A DNA stretch of 64,000 bases from a virus (lineage: Duplodnaviria; Caudoviricetes), in IMG/VR virus record IMGVR_UViG_3300028048_000065, positions 1 through 64,000 of that record; one strand, written 5' to 3'. Under the pieces are notes generated by a model. That model did not search any database. It was not told the origin of the DNA and was given only the letters and a program-made list of their open reading frames with translations. This document shows positions 10,598 to 21,501 of the stretch, in pieces. Within the stretch, counting starts at the first letter, position 1. Every line of letters starts with the position of its first letter. A program made the translations under genes and the position numbers.

Positions 10598-11196
10598 TTT
10601 TTGTTTTCCTCTTCGTACTTTCTCTTCCACGCTTCCGCAACTTCTTTTTCACTGTCATGGATAATGTGAGATTTATCCACAAGACCGCTATCAAGAATGT
10701 GATACCATTCGTGCGTTTCGTCTCCATCGCAAACCACCATATAACGACGCATTGTGAGAAAATCTTCAAGGCTTACATTGTAACTTTTAAGCCAACCCTC
10801 GATTTGGTAATCATCAGTTCCACCGTAAATAGGCTTAGGTTCGTCAAGGTCTACCCATTCCTTTTTGTCATAGTCGTATTCTTCGGTTTTCATATCAAAT
10901 TTAAATCCATTAAAATTTGGAATATACTTATGCCAAATTTTTTCAACTTCATCAGCTAAATGACCCTGTGAAGATGCAATAGCATAACGAGACTTAGATT
11001 CAAAAGTTGCAAGTAGAGAAAAAGGAGAACGATAAAATTCAAGATTGTTTTCGTACATTCTTGTTTCCTTATCATTCCAAAGATAGATACCCTTCATCAT
11101 TTCTTCGGGCGTATACTTGCCATCGAAATCAGTAATAATTAGGGAGTGACTGGAACTGGAATTTGTTTCGAAAGTATTGTCTCGAATCTGAATCAT
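10594..11196 (-). CDS. conserved phage protein (FETNSSS motif)
   Basis: MIQIRDNTFETNSSSSHS N-terminus. Confidence 0.65.
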   Translation of the reverse strand: MIQIRDNTFETNSSSSHSLIITDFDGKYTPEEMMKGIYLWNDKETRMYENNLEFYRSPFSLLATFESKSRYAIASSQGHLADEVEKIWHKYIPNFNGFKFDMKTEEYDYDKKEWVDLDEPKPIYGGTDDYQIEGWLKSYNVSLEDFLTMRRYMVVCDGDETHEWYHILDSGLVDKSHIIHDSEKEVAEAWKRKYEEENKK

Positions 11197-11474
11197 TTAA
11201 AATCACCTCAATTAAAGATAGAAAAGATTATCAGGAAGATAGCCCACAAAGGTTAAATCTTTAATGCCAAACTTCTTAATTTTATCAATATTAGTTTCGC
11301 TTACAAGAATTTTACCTGTGCCTTGTTCAGTATAAATATATTCTGCTTTACCGATTTCGTGTGTTGGATTGTAAGACACACAATTTTGTAGAGCGCTGGT
11401 ATATTCAAGAAAAGTTACTGCATAAATACGAGCACCAAGACGGTCAAATTTATTACTCATTAAGTTGTACACTT

Positions 11475-12059
11475 TTAGTTCCCCTTAAAGAAATATTCAT
11501 AATGTTCAGGGTCATACATTGGATGGATATGGTGAGTTTCGTTCCAATCTTCGTTTTCATCATATCCCCAAGTATAGCCATTGTTTTCTGCTGCTTCTGC
11601 CACATAACAACTTGCGTCGCCATCATCTTCACTGTCGCTGCCCGTGTAAATAACACTCTTAGGATTAAATAGAAAACGACAAAGTTTATCGTTATCTTTC
11701 AAAAGCTCGTGAACAAATGGGACAGCTTCTCCTGCATGGTCTACATCACCTCTAATATCAATACAATCCCACCTATCTTTGACAAGCCTTGGATAGCTTG
11801 CCTTGATTCCAAGCTTTTTAATTTTGTTTTTAAAATCCTTAATCTCAGCTAATTTCCCACATTCGCACATTACTTCAAAAATGTAGTTGGCTTTTTCTTC
11901 GGGAGTATCATAGGTAATTTGAGACCACTCAAAATCCTCATCCGCAGTAATATTAAGGTACTCAGGAATATTTTTAGGGTCAAATTTCTCTTTTGAAATA
12001 CAAAGAGAATGTGTTGATGAAGAATTTGTCTCAAACACATTATTACGAATCTGAATCAT
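11475..12059 (-). CDS. conserved phage protein (FETNSSS motif), paralog
   Basis: MIQIRNNVFETNSSSTHS N-terminus. Confidence 0.65.
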   Translation of the reverse strand: MIQIRNNVFETNSSSTHSLCISKEKFDPKNIPEYLNITADEDFEWSQITYDTPEEKANYIFEVMCECGKLAEIKDFKNKIKKLGIKASYPRLVKDRWDCIDIRGDVDHAGEAVPFVHELLKDNDKLCRFLFNPKSVIYTGSDSEDDGDASCYVAEAAENNGYTWGYDENEDWNETHHIHPMYDPEHYEYFFKGN

Positions 12060-12879
12060 TCTTTTGTCCTCCATTCTGGTGTAGTTGTTGCGTCATAAAT
12101 TACGCAACCCTCTTCGTTTTTTAGAAATTCTTTTGCGTTGTTAATGAGAGTATCGTACTGAATTCTGCCTCGATTAAATCCAAGCATAAGTTTTCCCTCA
12201 AGATATTCTTTCCATTCTGATACATCTTTCATTTTTAGATAAGAAGTTTCCCAAGCCAATCTTTTTAGATTAAAAAATTGAAAATCGTAAACAGGAAATT
12301 CAGGCGAAGAACAAGATGCCTTATGTAATCTCCAAAGAGTAGGCAAATTATAAATGTCTTTAAAATTTTTATTTACTTTTTCTTTAACATCTTCTGGAAA
12401 ATTTGAGGTAAGAACAAAAGGACAATCTACTTTATTGTATCTTACAATCTCGTCAACAATAGCAGTTTCAACCGAAAACATATATAAACTCCTTAAAAAA
12501 TAAATAACCTCTTGGTATGCTTTAATAGTAACATACCAAAAGGCATTTGTCAAGAGTTTTTTGAAATATTTTTAATCGTCAGAAAGAGTAATGGTTGGAA
12601 GAGAATTGATAATTTCATTTACAAGCTCTTTCGAAAAACCCTTTTCGGTATATTCAGGGTAATCATCAACATAAGAGAAAATATCGCAAAGGGTATATTC
12701 AAGCTTTTCAATCAAATCTTTCTTTGAAATATATTCCATAATATGCTCACTTTCCAGCTAACGCTTCGTCACGGAATTTGAAAATATATTCGGGAGGGTC
12801 ATACGCCTTAGTCCCATCAAAGTCAGTTATCTCACCAGTGGAGAGAGAAATTCGCCAACGACTATCAATTACAATAAGG

Positions 12880-13350
12880 TCAGGATTGTTTGTTACCTGC
12901 TGAATTTTCATCGGTCTTATCCTCCTTATCAAAGAAGTCATAAATTTGGAATTTGTTTTCTTCTTCTGCCTTACGAAGAATTTCTTCTCGTTCAATAAAA
13001 CGAGTTTTTAAAAAAGAGATAATAGATTCTTCTACACCTTCGTATACTTCTGGAAGAGCTTCTTTTGGGAAGTTGTAGTTTCTGATTGTTGCTTCAACTT
13101 CTTCAAGTTCTCGCATAAGAATATCTTTAATTTCAATTGTGACTTTAATTACATAAAGATTTGCGTTTTTATCTCTTAGCTTCTCTGGTACATGGTCACT
13201 TCCTCGGATAAGCATAAGAACAGGTTCTCCATCGTTATCTATTGTTGCAGAAACGCCAGCTTCTTTTGCGGCAATATCTGTTAGTTTTTTAATCCAAGCT
13301 TTATAATCTGCTTGTCCTTGAGGAGATAAAAGATAGGTTTTATCAAACAT
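12880..13350 (-). CDS. hypothetical protein
   Basis: ORF with RBS. Confidence 0.55.
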   Translation of the reverse strand: MFDKTYLLSPQGQADYKAWIKKLTDIAAKEAGVSATIDNDGEPVLMLIRGSDHVPEKLRDKNANLYVIKVTIEIKDILMRELEEVEATIRNYNFPKEALPEVYEGVEESIISFLKTRFIEREEILRKAEEENKFQIYDFFDKEDKTDENSAGNKQS

Positions 13351-13371
13351 TAAGTATTCTCCTTTTAGAGA

Positions 13372-13397
13372 AAAAGGGTAGGAAAACCTACCCTTTT
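13372..13397 (-). terminator. intrinsic terminator after the DUF2828 gene
   Basis: AAAAGGGTAGG-AAAA-CCTACCCTTTT hairpin with U-tract. Confidence 0.7.
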
Positions 13398-13400
13398 GAG

Positions 13401-15098
13401 TTATGCGCTGTATGCTGCCTCGAAGCAGTCATAACGAGGAACATTAAGCTGTTCAAGAAGAGCCTCCATAGGATTGGTCTTATCAGACAAAACCATCTTG
13501 AGGAGATTCGTGCTATAACCCGAAACCATGATACAACCGCGGTCATCAACCTTGAAAGGCAGGGCAAGACGATTGCTGCAATTTACTCTCCAAAAGGTAA
13601 TAATTGGCATTTTATACCCAGCATTCTTGAAGCGCTGATTAATCTCCTGCATAAAGGTCTTGTCAACAGGAGTACGATAACTGTACCAGCCATGACGATT
13701 TACCTTAGCATCGCACATGGAATCGAACTCGCCATCAGAGACAATGAGAATGCGCTCAGGCAGGTCAGACTGGGGAGAATGGTTGTCAATAGCGGTCTTA
13801 AGAATCAGGTCAAAGACCTTTTCCAGATTGGTATTAGAGCCATCCTGACACTCCCAAGTCTTACGAAGCTTGTTACAGAGGCTATCGTTATCATTAAAGC
13901 GTACAATATGAGGGTCAGCACTAAAGGTGATATACTTGTTTGCAAAAGCACCCTTGAGATGGTCTGCGCAATAAATGGCGAGAGACATAGCAACATCAAT
14001 GCAACGCATATTAGTGTTACCACCAATACCACTCTCCATAGAACCAGAGCAGTCACACACGACAAGCATACCCTTATCATCGGGAATCATATCAGGCAAA
14101 GCCTTCCACATACCCTCAAGAGTATCATCAGCCCTCTGAGGAAGTCCATACCAACGACCACTCAAATTCATGTACTTATTGACAATATCACAGGGATTCG
14201 CCACAGAAGCATTAATCTTAGCCTCACCAGTCTTGAGAGCAGCAAGAAAAGCCTGACGGCGCTCAGTATCATGGCGCAGGAATGCCTTGTTGTAGTTAAG
14301 ATTAGCCTTAGAGGGAACAGTTTCGTAGTCGATAGCAGCCCAATTATCCGAAGACATCTTGCGCTCAACAACATCAAGATACTTACGAAGAGCAGACAGA
14401 GCCTTACGATAGTTGCGTTCAGTCATGTTCAACTGCTTTGCAGTCCAAAGACCATTATCACGGGTCTGCTTAGAGTGAGAATTGGGCTTATCAAGCCACT
14501 TTCCAAGCAGAGAAATAGACTTATGCTGCTTCATGTTCTCCATGTCCTCAGCAAACTGCTTCTTAAGGAAATCGCGGACAGCCTTTTCAGAAGTGGGGTT
14601 GCCACGGAACTGATAAAGCATATCATAGCGAGAATACTCGCCAATCAGAGGAACGAGCTTTGCAGCAATGCTTGCACCGCCATTCTTTACAAGGTCACGA
14701 ATGACAATCTGAGTGAAGCGACGCTCGCCAGCACCGCAACGAATGTCCATCGTATAGCCAAGGAAACGCATAGCAAGATAAGGATTCTCATTGAAAGCCT
14801 TGCGCCAATCGGTGACAATCTGCTTCTCGTCCAGAGAACGGTAGCTTACCAACTTGGTAAACATATCAAGAAGAGCAGAAGAAGTAGTGGAATATGCCAC
14901 AGCACCATTGGTGGTATAGGTCATATTGTCGGGCAAAGACTTAGGAACAACCGCACGAACATAGAAGCCCTTGTTAGTCTTTTCCATCTTGTCGAAGAAC
15001 TTCTCCTTGTCCGACTTCTGACGCATAGGCTTTTCGGGCTTAGGAGACCAAGCCTTGTTAGAGTTCTTCTTGGAATTCTTGTTAATGTTATTATACAT
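13401..15098 (-). CDS. DUF2828-family protein (helical repeat + vWA; Ro60/TROVE-like architecture)
   Basis: TTNGAVAYSTT, DIRCGAGER, SLLGKW, IDYETVPSKA, vWA MIDAS DCSGSM, TNLEKVF, ILIVSDGEFD, SGYS; start moved to ATG 15098 (GGAG RBS); codon usage looks highly expressed. Confidence 0.85.
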   Translation of the reverse strand: MYNNINKNSKKNSNKAWSPKPEKPMRQKSDKEKFFDKMEKTNKGFYVRAVVPKSLPDNMTYTTNGAVAYSTTSSALLDMFTKLVSYRSLDEKQIVTDWRKAFNENPYLAMRFLGYTMDIRCGAGERRFTQIVIRDLVKNGGASIAAKLVPLIGEYSRYDMLYQFRGNPTSEKAVRDFLKKQFAEDMENMKQHKSISLLGKWLDKPNSHSKQTRDNGLWTAKQLNMTERNYRKALSALRKYLDVVERKMSSDNWAAIDYETVPSKANLNYNKAFLRHDTERRQAFLAALKTGEAKINASVANPCDIVNKYMNLSGRWYGLPQRADDTLEGMWKALPDMIPDDKGMLVVCDCSGSMESGIGGNTNMRCIDVAMSLAIYCADHLKGAFANKYITFSADPHIVRFNDNDSLCNKLRKTWECQDGSNTNLEKVFDLILKTAIDNHSPQSDLPERILIVSDGEFDSMCDAKVNRHGWYSYRTPVDKTFMQEINQRFKNAGYKMPIITFWRVNCSNRLALPFKVDDRGCIMVSGYSTNLLKMVLSDKTNPMEALLEQLNVPRYDCFEAAYSA

Positions 15099-15111
15099 AA
15101 TATTCTCCATT

Positions 15112-15152
15112 CTCGACCGCTTAATTTATTTTGAGTTTTGCTGAGTCGGTCG
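15112..15152 (-). promoter_or_regulatory. cargo-less ACAGCAA-stem element (E0) in the 5' UTR of the DUF2828 gene
   Basis: CGACCG-ACTCAGCAA...CGGTCGAG directly before the RBS; matches E1-E7. Confidence 0.75.
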
Positions 15153-15169
15153 CTTGTTTTGATATTAGG

Positions 15170-15198
15170 ATTATAGCACCTGACAGATAGTTTGTCAA
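15170..15198 (-). promoter_or_regulatory. sigmaA promoter of the DUF2828 gene
   Basis: TTGACA-17-TATAAT with TG. Confidence 0.8.
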
Positions 15199-15229
15199 GT
15201 GCTATAGAGAAATTTTTTCAAAAAAATTT

Positions 15230-15592
15230 TTACTTCTTTTTCTTAGCAGAAACGGTTTGAACACAAGTGTCACTTGTGGTTAGCTTCTCACGCTCTTCCT
15301 CAGAAATGCACCAAATAAAGGTTAGGTAATTCTGAATATCCTGAATCTTCTCAAGAACATCATCTCGATTACTAAAATTATTAGTTAGCACCATATCACG
15401 AAGAGCGATAATATGCTTAGTAGCATAATTCCAAGCGCACTGGGCAGAAGTACAAGACATAATCTTAGCACCCTCGTCAAAATTGTGAAGTGCATCATCA
15501 GGCTGAGAATAGCGAGCATTCTTTTCCTTAAGAGTTTTCACTCGTGTATTCTCAAGTTCGTCTACAAGACGGTTAAACTGTTCATGTGTCAT
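15230..15592 (-). CDS. DUF1599 / nucleotide-modification-associated domain-like protein
   Basis: KNARYS, ALHNF, EKIQDIQNY. Confidence 0.55.
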   Translation of the reverse strand: MTHEQFNRLVDELENTRVKTLKEKNARYSQPDDALHNFDEGAKIMSCTSAQCAWNYATKHIIALRDMVLTNNFSNRDDVLEKIQDIQNYLTFIWCISEEEREKLTTSDTCVQTVSAKKKK

Positions 15593-16269
15593 TTAAAAAT
15601 ACCTCAATTAAAAGTTAGTTTTTATTTATTATAGTTAATTATCGGTTGAAATATTTAAGGTCAGCTTTTTCACCATCAATAGTAACAGCGCAATAATTTT
15701 TCTTGCGACAACAAGGACAAACAAAATAAGTCATAAAAGAAGAATGAAAATTCCCGTCATAAGAAGTTGAGTCACTTTCAAAATGTTCGTCTGTATCATA
15801 ATCTGTTAGATTTAATTTAAGAATAGAATTGCAATTCCAACATTTTTCTCTTTTTACAGGAGCGTTATTTTCAACAATCCTCATTATGTTTCTCCTCAGA
15901 TAGATAATCATCAATAGTCATAAGATAGGGACAATCTTTTCTTTTCTCCAATTCACATTGACATTCGCTAATAGAGCAAACGCCGTAATATTTATTTCCA
16001 CAAAAAATACAATCGTAGGAATATTTGGGAATGGTGTCTACAATAATTTTCATACATCTACCTCTTAAAGTCCTTACAGCCAGCAAAACTTTCCTGTTCT
16101 CGATAATATTCGTTTTTAATAGGAGCAAAAAATAGATAAAAACGAAAAATTGTGGTTTTCGGTCAAAAAACCTGTTTTCAACCACAATATATTGTGGTCA
16201 GAAGATTTTGAAAACACAAGATATAGTAATTTTAACAGAATAAAATCGCAATTTTAATTACCTCTATCA

Positions 16270-16677
16270 TTACAATTTCTCCCAACCTTTCGGTGTAGTA
16301 TAATATACATTAATAATACCTCGCTCTTCCAGAGCCGTTTGACACGCTATACAAGGTCTCGCAAGTGCTAAAGAACCATCTTTATATTCCCTATAAGTGT
16401 AAATAGAGACTTTATTCCAATCCAAATCAAGAAATCTTGTTTTTAGCAGTAACATCGTTTCAGCATGAACCAATCCATTATTTTTGGGGTCAGAACTAAA
16501 ACGATATTTGTTATAGTATTTTTGAAGAGGGTTAGTTTTAAAAGTGTTATAGCCAACAGCTATCACTTTACCAGAATATACCATAACAGAACCAATTTTC
16601 TGTTTTGGATAGGTTGCTTGCTCAGATGCTTTTTTAGCTTTTGCAAAATAAGATTGTATAGTTTTTTCAGACGGCAT
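16270..16677 (-). CDS. zinc-dependent cytidine/dCMP deaminase family protein
   Basis: HAE and PCIAC motifs. Confidence 0.8.
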   Translation of the reverse strand: MPSEKTIQSYFAKAKKASEQATYPKQKIGSVMVYSGKVIAVGYNTFKTNPLQKYYNKYRFSSDPKNNGLVHAETMLLLKTRFLDLDWNKVSIYTYREYKDGSLALARPCIACQTALEERGIINVYYTTPKGWEKL

Positions 16678-16866
16678 AAAGACCTCGGTATTATAACATT
16701 TTTATTTCATCCTAACAATTAAAATGTTAGTATACTGCATCATACAGTTTCTTAATAAGTAGTTCAAAAAATAGCTTCTTTTCTTCCGCACTTGCATCAT
16801 AATATGCATTGCGAAAATCATTAGAGTCAATAGAACTTAGCACATATTCAAAAACATTGTTCATTT

Positions 16867-17277
16867 TTATTCTCCTTGTGGATATTCTCCCAGCATAAGA
16901 AGTTGAATGTCGCAAAATTTTGCCATTTTTTCGTTATATTTTTGAGCACATTTTGCCATAAATTCCCATTTTCCGATTTGCTTTTTGCCAATCATGCAAT
17001 CATAAAAGGGCTGATAATACTGTCCGAAATCTTCATCGTCAATAGCAATATAGTCATAATCGTTCCACTCATCAAGATGTAAAAGGTCTACCGTTACATT
17101 ACAATCAATTGAACTATGGAGAACAAAATTTTTAGAACTGTACCATAGATGTTCTCTCCCATCTTTTTGAGCGCCCCAAAATCCTTCTTTAAATCCATTT
17201 GCAAGAAGAAACTCAATCTGCTTATCTTGAGATAAGTTAATAAAATCGGGAGTGAGCTTATAACGATTGATTTTCAT
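16867..17277 (-). CDS. hypothetical protein
   Basis: ORF. Confidence 0.55.
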   Translation of the reverse strand: MKINRYKLTPDFINLSQDKQIEFLLANGFKEGFWGAQKDGREHLWYSSKNFVLHSSIDCNVTVDLLHLDEWNDYDYIAIDDEDFGQYYQPFYDCMIGKKQIGKWEFMAKCAQKYNEKMAKFCDIQLLMLGEYPQGE

Positions 17278-17628
17278 GTTTGTGCTCCTATTAATTAAAT
17301 CTCTTTAATATTTTTTGAAAAACGTTGCCCACAAAAAGGACAAAAATTATTATTGCGGGTCTCAGTCTTTTTTAGGGGGTGCTGACAAGTAGGGCAATAA
17401 TGAAAGTCCTGCAATTTATAATATAGAATATCTTTTGGAATATCTCTCTGTTTATTGTATCGAACAAGTTTTTCTTTCGGCTGAATACGAAGCTGATTAT
17501 GTTCCCAATCGAATCCCATAAAAATACTTTCAACCCCTGTTCCAGCACGAGGCCCTATTGACATTTCTTCCAAGGTAATAATTACATTGACTTCATCAGG
17601 GTTTACATACTTTGTCTCACAATAAGAA

Positions 17629-18027
17629 TCAACTATCTTTTTTAGTTCTGCTAAAGTCATGGTTCTTCTTTTCCTCACATTCCTCATAATAGAATTTGAT
17701 TGGATGCTCATTTTCAATTACATTCCCATAAATCAAGCCAATTTTATAAATATAATTTTCTTTGAGCTTTTTAGGGATTTCAAAAATATATCTGCGAAAT
17801 GTTTCAAGAGAATAAGCTCGTTTATAATGATTGCAAGACCTGCAACTTGGCATTAGGTTACTAATATCGTTACTCCGCTCTGCATTCCATCGTCTTTGAG
17901 GAATGAAATGGTCTATTTGCATATCTTTATACTCAATTTTACGTCCGCAATATGCACAGTGTCCATCATATTTATTATAGACTTGCTCTCGAATTTTCTT
18001 AGGAAAGGTCACGATTCTTCTCCGCAA
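17629..18027 (-). CDS. HNH endonuclease
   Basis: CAYCG, IDHFIP, NLMPSCRSCN. Confidence 0.85.
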   Translation of the reverse strand: MRRRIVTFPKKIREQVYNKYDGHCAYCGRKIEYKDMQIDHFIPQRRWNAERSNDISNLMPSCRSCNHYKRAYSLETFRRYIFEIPKKLKENYIYKIGLIYGNVIENEHPIKFYYEECEEKKNHDFSRTKKDS

Positions 18028-18278
18028 TCCAGCGACTTAAAGAAGCCGTGTAATTATTCATGTCATTAATATCATGCAGATGATAATAAGATTCAAAATA
18101 ATGCCAATGATAATAACAAGCAAAAATAAAATAAATACAACCATCAATATACCACAAAAGAGGATAGCCACTAAATGTGGACTGAATCAAAGTAAATAGC
18201 GCAGCTAAAACCCAAAAAGAAAACTGTTCATAATAAATGTCGGTCTTTTCCTCAAAAAAGTTCATGTTTTTTCTCCTC

Positions 18279-18653
18279 TTAACAAATATAAAAATATGTT
18301 ACATCAGCAAGGCTTTCTGTCGAATAATCTTCGCAATATGAAGTCCAGTCATTGATAACCCAAGCAAAGAAATGTTTAAGTCCTTTTACAGTTCCCCAAC
18401 CATTTGGGGATTCATATTGCTTATACTTTTCGGGATACTTTTCAAGCTCTGCCAAACCATTTGCAATGTGTGGAATAATATCCTTACAAAGTCCAAGACA
18501 ACCCTCAGCGCACCAATTCTTAAGTCCTGTAGACTTAATAATCATTTCTCGAACATTCCAAGTAATATTTGCATCGGTGTTATCACCATAAGGCTCGACA
18601 TATACATTATCTAAGCCCTCAACCTTTACTCGAAAACTAATATCATAACTCAT
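18279..18653 (-). CDS. conserved phage protein
   Basis: NITWNV and PNGWGT motifs. Confidence 0.55.
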   Translation of the reverse strand: MSYDISFRVKVEGLDNVYVEPYGDNTDANITWNVREMIIKSTGLKNWCAEGCLGLCKDIIPHIANGLAELEKYPEKYKQYESPNGWGTVKGLKHFFAWVINDWTSYCEDYSTESLADVTYFYIC

Positions 18654-19604
18654 TTTTATTCTCCTTCGTTTTTTTGGGGGACAATAACAACTTGTTGAAT
18701 TTTAAAGGAATTAAGCATATTATAATAAAGAAAATCTCTTTCTACTTTATAAAGGTCTATTGCAACAAAATAATTGAGCTGGTCTATATTAAAATCAGTC
18801 CGCAAAAGAACGGGAATTTTAACGTGACAAAAACAACCCTCTTCTACAATACCCTCAAAAATTATTCTTTTAGAAGAGTCAACAGTTCCAACGACTTTAT
18901 CTCCCGTTTCTGTCTCGATTACTACAGGAGCTCTGCAATTTTTATGTCCATTATAATATCTTATCATATTTTTAATTGCTTTTATAGTTGTATACCACCC
19001 AGCGGTAGTATAACTTACAAGAGGAAAATTAACTGTCGTAGTGTATTCGTAAACCATTTTAATTATCCTTTCCTAACGGGTTGTTTTCAGCGTCAATGGT
19101 TTTAATGTCGAAATCAGTTTTCTTACCAACTAATTCGGGATATTCGTTCTTCCAATCTCTTGAACGAACTGTAATTGAAACAGGAGTAGAGTCAAGAATC
19201 TCATAATCTTCCATGTAGGTTTTAAGAGAAATATCATAGTCATGGATATAAATTTCCTGAACCTGATAATAGTGATAATTTTCTACAATTTTAGTGTTTA
19301 TAATAGAAGACCAACTAATAGCAAGGATAAAAAGACCTAATCCAATTCTGGTTGCGATTTGACGGATAATGTTATCAATGGTAGATGCACAAACAAGGAG
19401 ACTTACAAAAGCTCCGACACACAAAAACACAGGCGCACTTGCAACAATAAAATTAGGTTGATAAGTAGTATAACTTACCAGATAAGAAGCGGCGATTTCC
19501 ATAACATCATACTCCTTTATTTTTATGTGCTTATTATAACAAAAGAAAAAAGGTTTGTCAAGACCTTTTAAGAAAAATCCTGACAAACCTTAAAGTTTAT
19601 TTTA

Positions 19605-20579
19605 TTACTCCTGAGAAAGTCGCTGACGAGTTGCAGGTCCACACTTACCATCAACTTCAAGCCCACGAGACTTCTGATAAGCCTTTAGAGTGTTGTAAGT
19701 ACCTGTACCAAAACTGCCATCAATATCACAAGTAAAACCAGCTTTACAAAGCTGTTGCTGCATCCAACTTACATCATCACCCTTGCACCAACGAACAAGT
19801 ACACGAGTGGGGAACTTGTGAGTATTTACTTCATACTCATTCTGCTGTCCCTTGCGCTCAAAAGTAATAATCGCATTGATAATACGGTTTTCGGATAGAG
19901 CATGAACTGTTTTGCCCTCATACTTCATAATCTCTGAGCCACCGCCATCCAGCTTAATGAGATTAGTAAAGCCCATTGGCTTAAACTTATAATAAGCTTC
20001 GGCATAAGGTGAAATCATATTACTGCGAGTGGACTTCCAATCCATAATATAAATATTGTTGTCATTAGGCTTAAGTCCCAGAAGAATATGATAAGTTGAG
20101 TAAAGTTCACTGCCAGTCCACCCCTGTGGCTTAACGTAATCTTTCCACATAACATTCTTGCCATCTTTAATGAGAGGAATACCTGCAATGGCGTATGTCA
20201 TAGTATCTCGCAGCTCGGTTAGGTCTTCCATATGCGGTTTGCCGTTTTCAATATAAAAAGTTGTAAGTGCATGACCACAAAACTGAGGAACACCGCCCTG
20301 TGCAACATAAGAATTGTAAAAATACTTTTCTCCCACAAACTTTCCGCGCAACTTATTATACTTTGCAAGTGGAGCTGAAGTGGCTTCAATGTCACAAACA
20401 AGATGATTTACAGGAAGGGTAAAATATTCTCCGCTTTCTTTAAATCCAGCAAAAAAGTTTGCGTTTACATAAGTCTTGTGATTTTTTACATTTTTCTTGG
20501 CACAATTTACCATCTTGATAGCAAATTCATCTACTGAGCCTGAAATAATTTTTACGCCGTTTTGAGTTGTTAGATTCAT
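19605..20579 (-). CDS. phosphodiester glycosidase (NAGPA-like) with C-terminal peptidoglycan-binding domain
   Basis: NANFF and LDGGGS; C-terminal GDDV..Q..L, DGSFG..T, DGKCGPAT. Confidence 0.75.
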   Translation of the reverse strand: MNLTTQNGVKIISGSVDEFAIKMVNCAKKNVKNHKTYVNANFFAGFKESGEYFTLPVNHLVCDIEATSAPLAKYNKLRGKFVGEKYFYNSYVAQGGVPQFCGHALTTFYIENGKPHMEDLTELRDTMTYAIAGIPLIKDGKNVMWKDYVKPQGWTGSELYSTYHILLGLKPNDNNIYIMDWKSTRSNMISPYAEAYYKFKPMGFTNLIKLDGGGSEIMKYEGKTVHALSENRIINAIITFERKGQQNEYEVNTHKFPTRVLVRWCKGDDVSWMQQQLCKAGFTCDIDGSFGTGTYNTLKAYQKSRGLEVDGKCGPATRQRLSQE

Positions 20580-20925
20580 TTTAATTTGTTGTCTCCTTAT
20601 GAAAAATATAAAAGATAGTCCTTAAAATTACGACAATTAAATAAGCAAAGAAAGCTATTTTCCAACCAAACCATGTTTCTTTTAAAATAAAACAGATTAG
20701 TTTTGTTGTTAAAGCAAAAATAAAATATTCTGCTCCGAAAATTAACCCGAAAGAAGCAATAACCGCTCCAATAGCACAAATAATCCAAATTGACGCTAAA
20801 AGAAAAGTGGCAATAATTGCAATTATATTAGAACATCCTATGTCAATGTTATTAACCATATCAGAAATTTTCTCTGCGGCTTGCCTGATTTTAGAAGTGA
20901 TTTTTGAAATTTTCATAATCCCTCC

Positions 20926-21501
20926 TTAAAAGGTTGGCCAAAAGTAATAATCAAGAAGCTGTTGTCTTTCTTGATTGAATTGATTAGCAGTTGTAAAATA
21001 ATTTTCTGCTACTTGAGCACCATGTTCCTTTTTAGCTTCCTTATTAAGAGAAAGCATTTTTAAATTTTCTATAGCTGTTTCCGTATGCTCTTTTGTTTTT
21101 TGAAGTTTAGCTATATCTTTACAAAAAGCAGATTCGTAAAAAATTTTTTCTCTTTTTGCTCTAATCTGTTCGGTTGTTTTTGCAATATAAATTCTTAGCT
21201 TTTGTTCTTCAACGACAGTAGCCAAATAATTAGAATACCCTGAACATTCGCAATGATATTGTCCAATAGTTTTAATAAGAGATGGGGGCATTTGAACTAA
21301 TGTTTCACCGTCTATCTTTTCCATTTCTTTCCCGCAAAATTTACATTTATGGGGAGGATTATCTTGAAACTCTTTTACTTGAGTTTCTTGGGATTGCTGC
21401 TCTTCTGAGGTATTTGTCTTATTTGTATTATCTGTATTATCTGTTTTATCTGTTTTATCTGTTTCTATTACAGACCAATCAATAGGTAGTTTCTTTTTCA
21501 T
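20926..21501 (-). CDS. hypothetical Zn-binding protein with 9-bp tandem repeat (TDK/TDN)
   Basis: CKFCG and CEC; repeat at about 21411-21465. Confidence 0.55.
   Translation of the reverse strand: MKKKLPIDWSVIETDKTDKTDNTDNTNKTNTSEEQQSQETQVKEFQDNPPHKCKFCGKEMEKIDGETLVQMPPSLIKTIGQYHCECSGYSNYLATVVEEQKLRIYIAKTTEQIRAKREKIFYESAFCKDIAKLQKTKEHTETAIENLKMLSLNKEAKKEHGAQVAENYFTTANQFNQERQQLLDYYFWPTF

Noticed and set aside
13692-15134. 480-aa plus-strand ORF
   Set aside because: Antisense shadow of the codon-biased DUF2828 gene; no recognisable motifs or RBS.
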